Assembly: GCA_963668675.2 (NCBI GenBank)
Contig: CAXXMB010000002.1
Location: 2,112,001 to 2,176,000, forward strand
Source: an uncultured Desulfatitalea sp.
GTDB lineage: Bacteria; Desulfobacterota; Desulfobacteria; Desulfobacterales; Desulfosarcinaceae
Direction: 5' to 3'
DNA length: 64,000 bases
Below the pieces are notes generated by a model. That model worked only from the letters and a program-made list of their open reading frames with translations, was not told the origin of the DNA and searched no databases. Every line of letters begins with the position of its first letter. The first letter of the stretch is position 1. Shown here in pieces: positions 7,642 through 17,970 of the stretch. Made by a program: the position numbers and the translations under genes.

Positions 7642-9300
7642 CTATACCACCATCTCGATGGCGCCCAGCCGCTTGGTCAGCTTCAGGTTCTCTTCATAGT
7701 CTATCGGAATGACCACCAGGCTGGGGCCCTGCTCATCCAGGGCCTGTTCGAGCACCGCCTTCAGGTCGCTGCTGTTCCCGCAGCGGTGGGCATTCCATCC
7801 GAAAGCTCGGGCCAATTGAACAAAATCGGGATTGCCGAAACTCAGGTCGGTGTGGTGTCCGTAGTGGTTCTGCTGCTTCCAGGCGATCAGGCCGTAGGCG
7901 TGGTCCTCCCACACCTGCACCACGATGTTGCTGTCGAGGCGTCGGGCCGTCTCCATCTCTTGCACATTCATCAACAGGGCGCCGTCGCCGCACACCGCCA
8001 TTATCTTGCGCTCGGGATAGACCAGGGATGCCCCGATGGCACCGGGCAGGGCGAACCCCATCGAACAGAAGCCATTGGGGATCAGGCAGGTGTTGGGCTC
8101 ATGGCTGTGGTAGTAGCGCGCCACCCACATCTTATGGGCGCCCACGTCCGAGAGCAGCACATCGTCGGGTCCGAGCACGGCCCGCGTATCCCACAGCACC
8201 TTCTGGGGTTTGATCCTTTTATCGGCGATATCGTCGGCATACTCGTGCATTTCGGCCAGCATGGACTCCCTCGCCCTGCGGGTGTGGCTGTGATCGAAAT
8301 TGAGCGACGGGCGGGCGTCCTCGGCGGCCCGGGCATTGAGCATCCAGAGGGTGTGGGCCAGATCGCCCACGATCTCGGCATCGATGGGGTAGTTGGCGTC
8401 GATCTCGGCCGGGATAAAATCGATATGGACGATCTGATGGCAGCAAGCGGTGTTCCAGAGCCGGGGCGGATACTCGACCATGTCGTAGCCCAAAGTGATG
8501 ATCACATCGGACTGGTCCACGGCAATGGCGGTGTAATCCCGGTCCTGGAGGCCGATGGTGAAGCAGTACTGCTCCTGGTCCATGTCGACGGCCCCCTTGC
8601 CCATGAAGGTGCTCACGACCCCGATGCCGGTCTGCTCGACGAATCGACGCAGCTGGGTGCTGGCGCGCTTGCGGATCGCCCCGTTGCCGGCCAGGATGAT
8701 CGGGCGTCGGGCCGATGCGATCACCTCCCACGCCTTGTCCACGATCTTGTCGTCGGGAACCGGCCGGCGGTAGCGGCGCGGCTCGATGGGCTGGACATCG
8801 GTCTCCAGCTTGGCGATATCCTCGGGCAGCTCGATCAGGCAGGCCCCCGGCTTTTCAGTCCGCGCCAGGCGCACCGCCTTGCGTACCAGCTCGGGGATGG
8901 TGTCCGGATGCAGCACGGTCTGGGCGAACTTGGTGACCGGCCGGTACATGGCCACCACATCCATGATCTGGTGCGACTCCTTGTGGCGGCGGTGGGAGTC
9001 GCCCTGTCCGGTGATCACCAGCATGGGCGCGCGGTCCATGTTGGCGTCGGCCACACCGGTGATCAGGTTGGTGGCCCCCGGTCCCAGCGTGCTCAGGCAG
9101 ACGGCCGGATTGCCGGTCAGACGGCCGTATACCTCGGCCATGAAGGCCGCGCCCTGCTCGTGGCGGCACAGGATAAAGCGAATCTTCTGGGACTGCTCCA
9201 GCGACAGGAGAAAATCGGCGTTCTCTTCGCCCGGCACGCCGAAAACATATTCTATGCCTTCCGTCTCCAGGCACCGGATCAACAGGTCGGATGCTTTCAT
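7642..9300 (-). CDS. ThDP-dependent enzyme, acetolactate synthase large-subunit-like (2-oxoacid decarboxylase subfamily)
   Basis: FGVPGEEN, RHEQGAAFMA, TLGPGATN, HKESHQ, SDVGAHKMW, GDG...N ThDP motif; start MKASDLL at 9300. Confidence 0.9.
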   Translation of the reverse strand: MKASDLLIRCLETEGIEYVFGVPGEENADFLLSLEQSQKIRFILCRHEQGAAFMAEVYGRLTGNPAVCLSTLGPGATNLITGVADANMDRAPMLVITGQGDSHRRHKESHQIMDVVAMYRPVTKFAQTVLHPDTIPELVRKAVRLARTEKPGACLIELPEDIAKLETDVQPIEPRRYRRPVPDDKIVDKAWEVIASARRPIILAGNGAIRKRASTQLRRFVEQTGIGVVSTFMGKGAVDMDQEQYCFTIGLQDRDYTAIAVDQSDVIITLGYDMVEYPPRLWNTACCHQIVHIDFIPAEIDANYPIDAEIVGDLAHTLWMLNARAAEDARPSLNFDHSHTRRARESMLAEMHEYADDIADKRIKPQKVLWDTRAVLGPDDVLLSDVGAHKMWVARYYHSHEPNTCLIPNGFCSMGFALPGAIGASLVYPERKIMAVCGDGALLMNVQEMETARRLDSNIVVQVWEDHAYGLIAWKQQNHYGHHTDLSFGNPDFVQLARAFGWNAHRCGNSSDLKAVLEQALDEQGPSLVVIPIDYEENLKLTKRLGAIEMVV

Positions 9301-9483
9301 GCGCTCTTCCTTTCCGAAAAGGCCTCGCAATCGGAGGCTGCATGGCTTTAACCATAAGACCTTCTGATCAGATGACAAATCGGCGTAACCGGTTGCGGCC
9401 AAACGGAAATCTAGTGTAAGAGTGATAAGGGTGTGACAAACGCAACGCTTCTGAGCCCAACCGAAGCAGCAAAGGACAACCCA

Positions 9484-10254
9484 ATGACTTCATTTCTACA
9501 AGGCATCGCCTATAATTTCAAGGGGCTGAAGTTTGGTTTGCGCAACGCCAAGCTGTTCCTGCTCGGGCTGGCTCGCCTGGTGATCATCATCGTCATTACC
9601 GTGGCCGCGGCGGCAATGGTCCTGGTCAATTATGAGCAGATCCTCAATCTGATGTGGCACCAGCCGGAAAGCGCCTGGATCGCATGGCTCTGGTATGTGG
9701 TCTCCTGGTTGCTGGCCCTGGTGCTCGTGGCGCTTTCGGCCCTGGTGGGGTTTCTGGTCGCCCAGCTGCTCTTCAGCGTCTTCATCATGGATGTGATGTC
9801 CCAGATCACCGAACGAAAAACCACAGGGCAGGTCCGATCATCCGGAAATAAGATGGGGTGGTTTGCCTATCTGTTCTACTTGTTGCGCCAGGAGATCCCG
9901 CGAGCCACGATTCCCGTGCTCGTCTCCCTGCTGCTGATGGTGCTGGGCTGGTTCACCCCCTTAGGGCCGGTGCTCACCATCATCTCACCGCTGGCCGCCG
10001 GGCTGTTCCTCGCCTGGGACAACACGGACCTGGTGCCGGCCCGCCGCCTCGAACCCTTTGGGCAGCGCTTCGGATTCCTGCGCCGCCACACGTTGTTTCA
10101 TCTCGGATTCGGGGTGCTGTTCCTGATCCCGTTGCTCAACATCGTGCTGTTGGCCTTCGCACCCGTGGGGGCCACTCTATACTACGTGGAGGAGATCGAT
10201 CCGAAAGCGACCGAGCAACCGCCGCAAGAACCGACCAAAAAGAACGAAGAATAA
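9484..10254 (+). CDS. EI24/CysZ-family membrane protein
   Basis: Hydrophobic profile; C-terminal LGFG.LFLIPLLNIVLL...PVGATL motif; RBS aagga. Confidence 0.8.
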   Translation: MTSFLQGIAYNFKGLKFGLRNAKLFLLGLARLVIIIVITVAAAAMVLVNYEQILNLMWHQPESAWIAWLWYVVSWLLALVLVALSALVGFLVAQLLFSVFIMDVMSQITERKTTGQVRSSGNKMGWFAYLFYLLRQEIPRATIPVLVSLLLMVLGWFTPLGPVLTIISPLAAGLFLAWDNTDLVPARRLEPFGQRFGFLRRHTLFHLGFGVLFLIPLLNIVLLAFAPVGATLYYVEEIDPKATEQPPQEPTKKNEE

Positions 10255-10268
10255 AGACCCCTTTGCTT

Positions 10269-11027
10269 ATGAAATCCCTATTTCAGATGATGTCGGTGTT
10301 TGCGCTGATCCCCCTCTATATGGGCTGCAGCCTCTTCAACAAAGCCCCCATGGACGTGCTGACCTATCACCATCCCAATGGCGTCCCCACCAACCGCCTG
10401 ATCGTATTCATGCGCGGCATGGGCGGCAACCATTACAGTTTCGAAAAAGAGGGCCTGGTTGATGATATCTGCAACCGCACCCCGGCCTTTGACATCGTCG
10501 CGCCCAACGCCCACTTCGGCTACTATTACGATCGCTCACTGATGAAGCGGATGAAGGAGGATGTCATCGATCCGGCTCACGCCCAAGGATACAACGAGAT
10601 CTGGCTGATCGGCTTCTCCATGGGCGGTCTGGGCGCCCTGCTTTATACGATCGACCATCCCGAGGACATCCAGGGCATCTACCTGGTCTCTCCCTTTCTC
10701 GGCTACCGCTCCATCCAAAGGGAGATCGACGAAGCCGGAGGTGTGCGCCAATGGGAGCCGGGCACCTTCGACCCCCACAAGAAGTGGCAGCGCATGCTGT
10801 GGCGCTGGCTGAAGCAAAACGTGGCCGAACATCCGACCAAACCGATCTACTTGGGATATGGCGAGAAAGACCCCGGAGTAAAGGGCCACAAACTGCTGGC
10901 CCAGGTCCTTCCCCCGGACCGTGTCTTCACCGTGCCGGGAGGACATACCTATGAAAGTTTCAAGGGGCTTTGGGATATGTTTCTCAATCACGGAGGATGT
11001 CAGCCGCCAGCCTCTGCCCAACCGTAA
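10269..11027 (+). CDS. Alpha/beta hydrolase, probable lipoprotein
   Basis: Signal ending LYMGC; GFSMGG nucleophile elbow; GGH catalytic His. Confidence 0.85.
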   Translation: MKSLFQMMSVFALIPLYMGCSLFNKAPMDVLTYHHPNGVPTNRLIVFMRGMGGNHYSFEKEGLVDDICNRTPAFDIVAPNAHFGYYYDRSLMKRMKEDVIDPAHAQGYNEIWLIGFSMGGLGALLYTIDHPEDIQGIYLVSPFLGYRSIQREIDEAGGVRQWEPGTFDPHKKWQRMLWRWLKQNVAEHPTKPIYLGYGEKDPGVKGHKLLAQVLPPDRVFTVPGGHTYESFKGLWDMFLNHGGCQPPASAQP

Positions 11028-11219
11028 AACTGCGCTTCATCTAAAAAACGCCGCACGGAACTCCAATAGGGATCGGCTTTGCCCAACGAAAGATCGTTGT
11101 GTCCGGCCCATGGGCTCGAAATGCTTTCGCTCATTGGCGGCCGCAAAAAGGGTGCGGCCCATTTCAAAGGAGCACTCCGATGAAAGCCACGAAAGGCCAA
11201 TATTTTCGAACGAAGCGCA

Positions 11220-11912
11220 TCACGCGTGCGCACGCAGCATCTGCTGGATCGAGTGCAAAAGTGGCTGCAGACGCCCCTGATGCTCGGGGGGCACCATCAG
11301 CACCGGAATCGGGCGGTTACCTGCCAGGGTGTCGGCGGGAGACAGCTTCTCCATTCGCTCGCACATGCCGAAGTGTTCTGGATTGGAGAGAAAAAGCAAC
11401 ATGTCGGTCAGGTTGCCGGAGAGGCCATTGACGTCAATGGCCTCGATGAATTGCAGCACCAGGTTATTGGCGGCCAGCACCTCGTCGGGCATGTCGGCAT
11501 AACCTGTTTTGGCACAATCGATGCGCGACACCATGGCCCGGCAACCAAAAGGCCTCACCGCATAGATCGAGCAGAGGTCGTCGACCAGCAACGGACAACG
11601 CCCCACCTCCGGGTCGGCGGCCTCTTCGGGAAGCTCCTCATCCCGGGCGCAGAGGTCGGCCAGATGGTTGATGGTCATCCTGGGCTGAAACCGGGGACGG
11701 GCGGCAGCGTCCGAAAGGGCCTCTATTGGGGCTGTTACACCCTTTGCGATCCAATGGTTGTAAATCAGAACACCCTCCAATGAGCTCATGGTCACATTAG
11801 CGGTACAGCAGAGGGCGCACCCTTTGCGGCAGGCGGGTTGATACGCTTGGCCAAATTCTTCATAGAGTGCATAGAGCCTTTTGAGCAGATGCAGTCGGTT
11901 TGCTATTTCCAT
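11220..11912 (-). CDS. YkgJ-family (CxxxCxxCC) cysteine-cluster protein
   Basis: CRKGCALCC, CPLL...CSIYAVRPFGCR; start uncertain (MEIANRL chosen). Confidence 0.85.
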   Translation of the reverse strand: MEIANRLHLLKRLYALYEEFGQAYQPACRKGCALCCTANVTMSSLEGVLIYNHWIAKGVTAPIEALSDAAARPRFQPRMTINHLADLCARDEELPEEAADPEVGRCPLLVDDLCSIYAVRPFGCRAMVSRIDCAKTGYADMPDEVLAANNLVLQFIEAIDVNGLSGNLTDMLLFLSNPEHFGMCERMEKLSPADTLAGNRPIPVLMVPPEHQGRLQPLLHSIQQMLRAHA

Positions 11913-12080
11913 GAGTTCTATTATCTTTCTTGACTGATGTTCATCTATCCGTACAATTGGGACGATATCCCGTCCGTGAACACACCGCAACCCCACAGTG
12001 CCGAAAAGGGAGGCCTCATGCCCACCAAACACCTCTTTGTCATCTGCCATGCCTGTTGCAGACAGGAGGGCCAATAATCA

Positions 12081-13853
12081 ATGGAAATCACTATTGTCAC
12101 CATCTTGCTGGTGGCCACCCTCTATCTGCTGATCAGTGAACGGATCCCCATCGACCTGACCGCCATCGGTATCATGGTGGCCCTGATGGTCAGCGGCATT
12201 CTGACACCCGTCCAGGCCGTTGCCGGCTTTGCCAATCCTGCGGTCATCACCGTGGGGGCCATGTTTTTAGTCAGCCAGGCCATGATCCGCACCGGCGTGG
12301 TCGGCTTCATCGGCCAGAAGGTGATGGATCTCACCCAGGGACGCGCCTGGCTCGCACTGCTGGTGGTACTGCTGATCGTGGCCGTTGCGTCGGCCTTTAT
12401 CAACAACACACCGGTGGTGGTGCTCTTCATCCCGGTGGTCATGAGCATGAGCTGCCGGCTTGGCTTCAGTCCGTCCAAATATCTGATCCCCATCTCTTAC
12501 GTATCGATCCTGGCCGGCACGTGCACCCTCATCGGCACCTCGACCAACATTATCGTCAGCGACCTCTCCGCCCAATATGGCTACGGCACGCTCTCCATGT
12601 TCGAACTGGCAAAGGTCGGGCTTCCACTGGCCATCATCGGGTTGGTGCTGATCATGCTCCTCGGGCCGCGCCTCATGCCCGACCAGGGCAATTCCACCTG
12701 CGAATTGGAGGATGAGCCCAAACGCCGTTACCTGGCCGAATTGAGCATTCCACGGGGCAGCGCCCTGGTGGGCCTGGATCCATGCACCGAACTGGCTGAA
12801 AAGTACCCGGAAATCGAAGTGCTGGAGCTGATCCGCTACTCCCACATCTTCCATCCCTGCCGCGACCGTGTCACCATCGCTCCGGACGATCTGCTGTTGG
12901 TAAAGGGTTCACCCAATGATTTGAACCACATTCTTCTGGGCAAGGATGTCGAGCTGCCGGCGGCGGAAAACGGTCTCAGCTTCAACGGGCCTGATGAAAC
13001 GCTGATGGTCGAACTGATCATTCCGCCCCAGTCCGAAATGCTCGGACAGCACCTGCGCGAAACCCGCCTGGCCCGCGACGAAGATTTGCACATCGTGGCC
13101 GTCGAACGCAGCGGTCTGCACTATACTGAAAAAAAAATAAAAGACATCCGGCTACGCATCGGGGACATTCTGCTGGTATGGTGCCGGGCCGACCGCGTAG
13201 ATAAATTCCGCGGCCGCAGCGATTGGATCGTGGTCGAAGACGTACACCATGAGATCGTTCACTCGCGCAAGGCGCCCCTGGCCAGCGCCATCTTCGCCGC
13301 CATGGTGGTGACGGCCGCCACCGGAATGGCCAACATCATGGTGTGTGCCCTCGCTGCCGTATTCCTCATGGTCCTGACCGGCAGCCTCCCTCTGAAAGAG
13401 GCCTACCGTGCCTTGCAAAGCAATATCCTCATGCTCATCGCCGGCACCATCGCCCTGGGCACCGCAATGGACCAGACCGGAACAAGCCAATACTACTCCG
13501 AACTGTTCCTCGGCGCCCTTCAAGGCTGGTCGCCCCAATTAATCCTGGGCGGATTCATCCTGTTGACCAGCATCAGCACCCAGGTGCTCAGCAACAACGC
13601 CACCGCGGTTCTGCTGCTGCCCATCGCCATCTCCACCGCAACGGGGCTGCAGGTAGACCCCAAGCCGTTCATCATGGCGGTCTGTTTCGGCGCCAGCGCC
13701 TGCTTTGCCACCCCCATCGGATACCAGACCAATCTTCTCGTGTACGGCCCCGGCGGCTACCGCTTCAGCGACTACCTGAAACTCGGAATCCCTCTCAATC
13801 TGTTGGTGATTTTCGGTGGGACGGTGTTAGTCCCCATTTTCTGGCCCTTTTAA
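12081..13853 (+). CDS. SLC13/DASS-family transporter with two TrkA-C domains
   Basis: SAFINNT, GTCTLIGTSTN, SNNATA, TPIGYQTNLLVYGPGGYRFSD. Confidence 0.93.
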   Translation: MEITIVTILLVATLYLLISERIPIDLTAIGIMVALMVSGILTPVQAVAGFANPAVITVGAMFLVSQAMIRTGVVGFIGQKVMDLTQGRAWLALLVVLLIVAVASAFINNTPVVVLFIPVVMSMSCRLGFSPSKYLIPISYVSILAGTCTLIGTSTNIIVSDLSAQYGYGTLSMFELAKVGLPLAIIGLVLIMLLGPRLMPDQGNSTCELEDEPKRRYLAELSIPRGSALVGLDPCTELAEKYPEIEVLELIRYSHIFHPCRDRVTIAPDDLLLVKGSPNDLNHILLGKDVELPAAENGLSFNGPDETLMVELIIPPQSEMLGQHLRETRLARDEDLHIVAVERSGLHYTEKKIKDIRLRIGDILLVWCRADRVDKFRGRSDWIVVEDVHHEIVHSRKAPLASAIFAAMVVTAATGMANIMVCALAAVFLMVLTGSLPLKEAYRALQSNILMLIAGTIALGTAMDQTGTSQYYSELFLGALQGWSPQLILGGFILLTSISTQVLSNNATAVLLLPIAISTATGLQVDPKPFIMAVCFGASACFATPIGYQTNLLVYGPGGYRFSDYLKLGIPLNLLVIFGGTVLVPIFWPF

Positions 13854-14006
13854 TTGAGAACCGACGAGAGGCAGCCTTGTGTGGCATTCATAGCCTTTTG
13901 AGATCCGCGACGCCGGCGCCCCTGTGACCCAGTTTAAACACAAATTATATGGACATCCGAACAAAAATGTCTTAACTATGGCGGTTTTCGCTAAGGAGAA
14001 ATAATA

Positions 14007-15848
14007 ATGGCACTATCGCCTGTTCAAAACGATAAATTACGCAACGTGGCCATCATCGCCCACGTCGACCACGGAAAAACCACCCTTGTGGATGCCATGT
14101 TCCGGCAGAGCGGACTGATCCGCGACGGCCAGAACGTTAACGAACGCCTCATGGACAACATGGACCTGGAGCGCGAGCGTGGCATCACCATCGCCGCCAA
14201 GAACTGCGCCGTCATGTGGCAGGGTGTCAAGATCAACATCATCGATACCCCCGGCCATGCCGATTTCGGCGGAGAGGTCGAGCGCGCCCTCTCCATGGCC
14301 GACGGCGCATTGCTGCTGGTCGACGCCTCCGAAGGGCCCCTTCCCCAGACCCGCTTCGTCCTCGAAAAAACACTGGCCGCCGGTTTAAAAGTCATCGTCG
14401 TGATCAACAAGATCGATCGAAAGGATGCCCAACCCGACAAGGTGCTCGATCAGGTCTACGACCTCTTCATCGACCTGGACGCCACCGAAGCCCAGCTCGA
14501 TTTCCCATACCTTTACGCCATCGGACGCGACGGCATCGCCCAGGCTACCCCCGGGGCGCCTGGCAAAAACATCGACCCTTTGATGGAGCTGATCCTAAGC
14601 CAGGTTCCTCCCCCAACCTACACACCGGACGCCCCGTTTCAGATGCTGGTCTCCGACCTCGGATACTCCGACTACCTGGGCCGCCTTGCCGTAGGCAAAG
14701 TGGCCAATGGCCACGCCCGCATCAAGGATGCTCTGGTGTGCATCGGCGCCGACGGCCAGCAACGGCCCCTTAAGGTTGCCAGTTTGCAAACGTACCAGGG
14801 GCCGACGCTCACGGACGTAACAGAAGCCGACCCCGGGGACATCGTGGTGTTGGCCGGTATCGACGAAGTGCGTATTGGCGATACCATCTGCACCCGAAGC
14901 ACCTCTCAGGCGCTCAAACGCATCCGGGTGGACGAACCCACTGTGGGTATGCGCTTCACCATCAACACATCGCCTTTTGCCGGACGCGAAGGGCGTTACA
15001 GCCAGTCCCGTCATCTGCGCGAGCGGCTCTTCAAGGAGACCCTGAGAAACGTGGCCATCCAGGTCGAGGAGACCGAAAACCGCGATGTCTTCCTTGTGAA
15101 AGGCCGCGGTGAGTTCCAGATGGCGATTTTCATCGAAACCATGCGGCGTGAAGGCTTCGAGTTGGCGGTGGGTCGCCCGGAAGTGATCTTTAAAATACAA
15201 GATGGCGCACGCCTGGAACCGATGGAGCACCTCTTTGTGGACTGCGACGAAGGCTTTTTCGGCGTGGTCAGTGAAAAGCTGTCCGCCCGTAAGGCCAAGA
15301 TGGTCAACATGGTCAACCACGGCAGCGGCCGGGTGCGCATCGAATTTTCCATCCCCTCACGCGGCTTGATCGGCTACCGGGATGAGTTCCTCACCGATAC
15401 CAAGGGCACCGGCCTGCTCAACTCCTACTTTGGCGGATATGACAGCTACCGGGGCGATTTTCCAAGCCGCTACAATGGATCGATCGTCAGTGACCGGCAG
15501 GGTACGTCTGTAGCTTACGCCTTGTTCAACCTGGAACCCCGGGGCAATCTCTTTCTCCGGCCGGGCGAGCCGGTCTATGAAGGCCTTATCTTCGGCGAAC
15601 ACAACCGGGCCAACGACCTAAATGCAAATCCGTGCAAGGAGAAAAAGCTGACCAACATCCGCGCATCGGGCCGCGACGAGGCTGTCATCCTCAGCCCGGT
15701 CAAGCCCATGACGCTCGAACAAGCCATCCATTTCATCCGGGAAGACGAAATGGTAGAGGTGACACCCAAGTCCATCCGGTTGCGAAAAAGTATCCTTTCG
15801 GCCCAAGAGAGATATCGGCAGAGGCCGAGGGTGAAGGCTGAAGCGTAA
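14007..15848 (+). CDS. typA: Translational GTPase TypA/BipA
   Basis: AHVDHGKTT, ERERGITI, DTPGHADFGGEVER, NKID, EVTPKSIRLRK. Confidence 0.98.
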   Translation: MALSPVQNDKLRNVAIIAHVDHGKTTLVDAMFRQSGLIRDGQNVNERLMDNMDLERERGITIAAKNCAVMWQGVKINIIDTPGHADFGGEVERALSMADGALLLVDASEGPLPQTRFVLEKTLAAGLKVIVVINKIDRKDAQPDKVLDQVYDLFIDLDATEAQLDFPYLYAIGRDGIAQATPGAPGKNIDPLMELILSQVPPPTYTPDAPFQMLVSDLGYSDYLGRLAVGKVANGHARIKDALVCIGADGQQRPLKVASLQTYQGPTLTDVTEADPGDIVVLAGIDEVRIGDTICTRSTSQALKRIRVDEPTVGMRFTINTSPFAGREGRYSQSRHLRERLFKETLRNVAIQVEETENRDVFLVKGRGEFQMAIFIETMRREGFELAVGRPEVIFKIQDGARLEPMEHLFVDCDEGFFGVVSEKLSARKAKMVNMVNHGSGRVRIEFSIPSRGLIGYRDEFLTDTKGTGLLNSYFGGYDSYRGDFPSRYNGSIVSDRQGTSVAYALFNLEPRGNLFLRPGEPVYEGLIFGEHNRANDLNANPCKEKKLTNIRASGRDEAVILSPVKPMTLEQAIHFIREDEMVEVTPKSIRLRKSILSAQERYRQRPRVKAEA

Positions 15849-15871
15849 AGGCCGCGGAACGAAGGGGAAAG

Positions 15872-16765
15872 CTAGTACTTCTCTATTCGCAATAGAGCAT
15901 AATGACCGCGGGTGTCTTTGTTGATGTGAATCAGGGTGGCGGAATTGAATCGCTCCAGGAAGGTGGTGGCAGCGCAGGCGGCGGCGGAGTCGAAATAGCC
16001 CTTTTCCGATATGGCGTCAAAAGGGGTTGCATCGGGTAGTGCGCGGCCGATGGTCGCCTTCTCTTCGGGCGTCATTAAAATCCCGTGGGCGACCTTCACC
16101 GGCCGGTCAAACGATTCTTTTTTCAACCAGGCAACGGCTCTCCCAATCTCTGCAAACGATGCAACCGCACTGACGCGACCCAGCGCACCTTCGGCCCGCT
16201 GCCGAATCAGCAGCCAGCAGCTTCCCTCCACCATGGTGTAATCCTCGTAGTTCCGGTCGAATTTGGCCTCAAACTGCTCCTTGGAAAAACTCGCTTCATC
16301 GACCCCGCCGATCAGGGCCTCCTCGACAGCGCCCATCTCCATATCGCAACTCGTCAGTTCCAGGCCGCGTTCGAAGGAGAGCAGTTTACTGGAAAAAGTG
16401 ACGTTGCGCCCTAAAAGTTCAAGGCTCTGGGCCACATAAAAAGAGGCGGTGTTGCTCATCGTGTTGATGAAATTATAGGGCATGGGGAACTGGTGCATGT
16501 GAAAAATCTGGTGCAGTACCGTCTCGGTATCGCCCAGGTTGCCGTTCTCGGTGGTCAGATAGACAGCGGTCTTCTTCCCGATGCCCTGTTCATGGGCGCA
16601 CCGGCATGCGCCGGCCAGGGAGAGCAGCACGAAACGGTTGGCTCGCCGAAAATGGAGCCGTGTATACCGGCTGACATCCTCTTTGTAGTACTTCATCTCC
16701 TCAACCGGGTGGCCGACGAAGCTTCCGTAGTTGTGAATGTGCATGTTGGGGTAGCCCGTTGTCAT
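15872..16765 (-). CDS. Ketosynthase-like / chain-length-factor-like protein (no recognisable catalytic Cys)
   Basis: RRANRFVLL, PYNFINTMSNTASFYVA, SFERGL, IGGVDE, EGS resemble a KS N-terminal domain. Confidence 0.7.
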   Translation of the reverse strand: MTTGYPNMHIHNYGSFVGHPVEEMKYYKEDVSRYTRLHFRRANRFVLLSLAGACRCAHEQGIGKKTAVYLTTENGNLGDTETVLHQIFHMHQFPMPYNFINTMSNTASFYVAQSLELLGRNVTFSSKLLSFERGLELTSCDMEMGAVEEALIGGVDEASFSKEQFEAKFDRNYEDYTMVEGSCWLLIRQRAEGALGRVSAVASFAEIGRAVAWLKKESFDRPVKVAHGILMTPEEKATIGRALPDATPFDAISEKGYFDSAAACAATTFLERFNSATLIHINKDTRGHYALLRIEKY

Positions 16766-16806
16766 TTGAATTTAGTCCGGTCGTCCCGTTGCAGTTCCGG
16801 GCCGGT

Positions 16807-17970
16807 TCACTCTTCGTTGGAGATGACCAGCGAGGCGCAGTTGCCGCCGAAACCGAAGTAATTGAGTAAAAACGTTCCTGACGCAAGCGCCAGATCACGG
16901 GTCAGGGGCGTTATCCCCAGCTCCTCGTCAGGCGTTTCGAATCCCAGCGTGGCCGGAATGAAACCGGCTTTGACCGCCTCGCTGAACAGGATCAGTTCAA
17001 TCACGCCGCAGGCACCCACGGTGTGGCCGACAAAAGACTTCAACCCGGTCACCGGCGGCACCTGCCCGCCGAAGACCCATTTGAGGCCGTTACACTCGGT
17101 CAAATCGTTGTGGTAGCTTCCCGTGGCGTGAGCCTTGACCGCATCGATCCGATCGGCAGAGACGCCGGCGCGACCCAGCGCATCCTGCATCACCGCCGCA
17201 ATGGCATGGCCTTCGGGGTCGTGAGTCGTAACGCTGTGGGTGTCACAGGCGTTGGCGCCGGCCATGCAATAAAACGCCCCTTCCTCCAGGGAACGACGAT
17301 CCAGAACAACCGCCCCGCAGCCCTCTCCCATGATCACACCCAAGCGGTTCTTATCGAATGGACGGTACGGGGGCGGAGCGATCAATTTCAGCGCCTCGAA
17401 GCCGCAAAAGCCCAGGTTGCTGAAAAGATCGTACCCCACCACCAGAGCCCGCTCGATCGCCCCCTGGTCAATCATGGCCGTGGCGTAGAGCACGCCATTG
17501 GCACTGGAGGTACACGCTGTGGTAAAAGTATAACAGCCGGCCTTGATGCCGAAATGATTTGCGATTTCATTGGCGATGTTGCCATATCCCGACGAGGTTT
17601 TCGAAAGCACGTTGCTGGCTGTGCGGTAGGTCTCTTCATAGAGGGGAATATCGATGGAGGTCGATCCGAAAAAGATCGGCATGGTCTCTATCTCTTCAGG
17701 GGTCAGCTGCGCATCGACAATCGCTTTCTCCACCGTCGCGTATAGTACGGCGTAGAAAAAGGCTTCGCTGTTGCTGGGAGCTTCACCTTCATTGACGGGG
17801 AGCCGATAGTAGGGTCTGCCGTAGTCAAGATTGATGAGCGAGAGGGGAACCTCCTCCATATGAACCTTGTGGTCACGCATCGCTGCGACGACCGTCCCAA
17901 TCTCCTCTCCCAGTGCACACCGGACCGCCTTACCGCGGATATAGACCTTCTCTTTCACCTGGGAAATCAC
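16807..17970 (-). CDS. Beta-ketoacyl-ACP synthase (FabB/F-like)
   Basis: TTACTSS (Cys), AHATG (His), KSFVGHT (His), FGFGG. Confidence 0.92.
   Translation of the reverse strand: MISQVKEKVYIRGKAVRCALGEEIGTVVAAMRDHKVHMEEVPLSLINLDYGRPYYRLPVNEGEAPSNSEAFFYAVLYATVEKAIVDAQLTPEEIETMPIFFGSTSIDIPLYEETYRTASNVLSKTSSGYGNIANEIANHFGIKAGCYTFTTACTSSANGVLYATAMIDQGAIERALVVGYDLFSNLGFCGFEALKLIAPPPYRPFDKNRLGVIMGEGCGAVVLDRRSLEEGAFYCMAGANACDTHSVTTHDPEGHAIAAVMQDALGRAGVSADRIDAVKAHATGSYHNDLTECNGLKWVFGGQVPPVTGLKSFVGHTVGACGVIELILFSEAVKAGFIPATLGFETPDEELGITPLTRDLALASGTFLLNYFGFGGNCASLVISNEE

Noticed and set aside
7561..9351. 596-aa + strand ORF and other long antisense ORFs (5522-6673, 51321-52478, 52455-54311, 55645-57102, 45044-45976, 49343-50278)
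   Set aside because: Shadow frames of well-supported genes in GC-rich DNA; no recognisable motifs.
11177..11200. Hammerhead-like ccgatga...gaaaggcc
   Set aside because: The core CUGAUGA and the following GAAA are not intact, and stems I/III could not be built.
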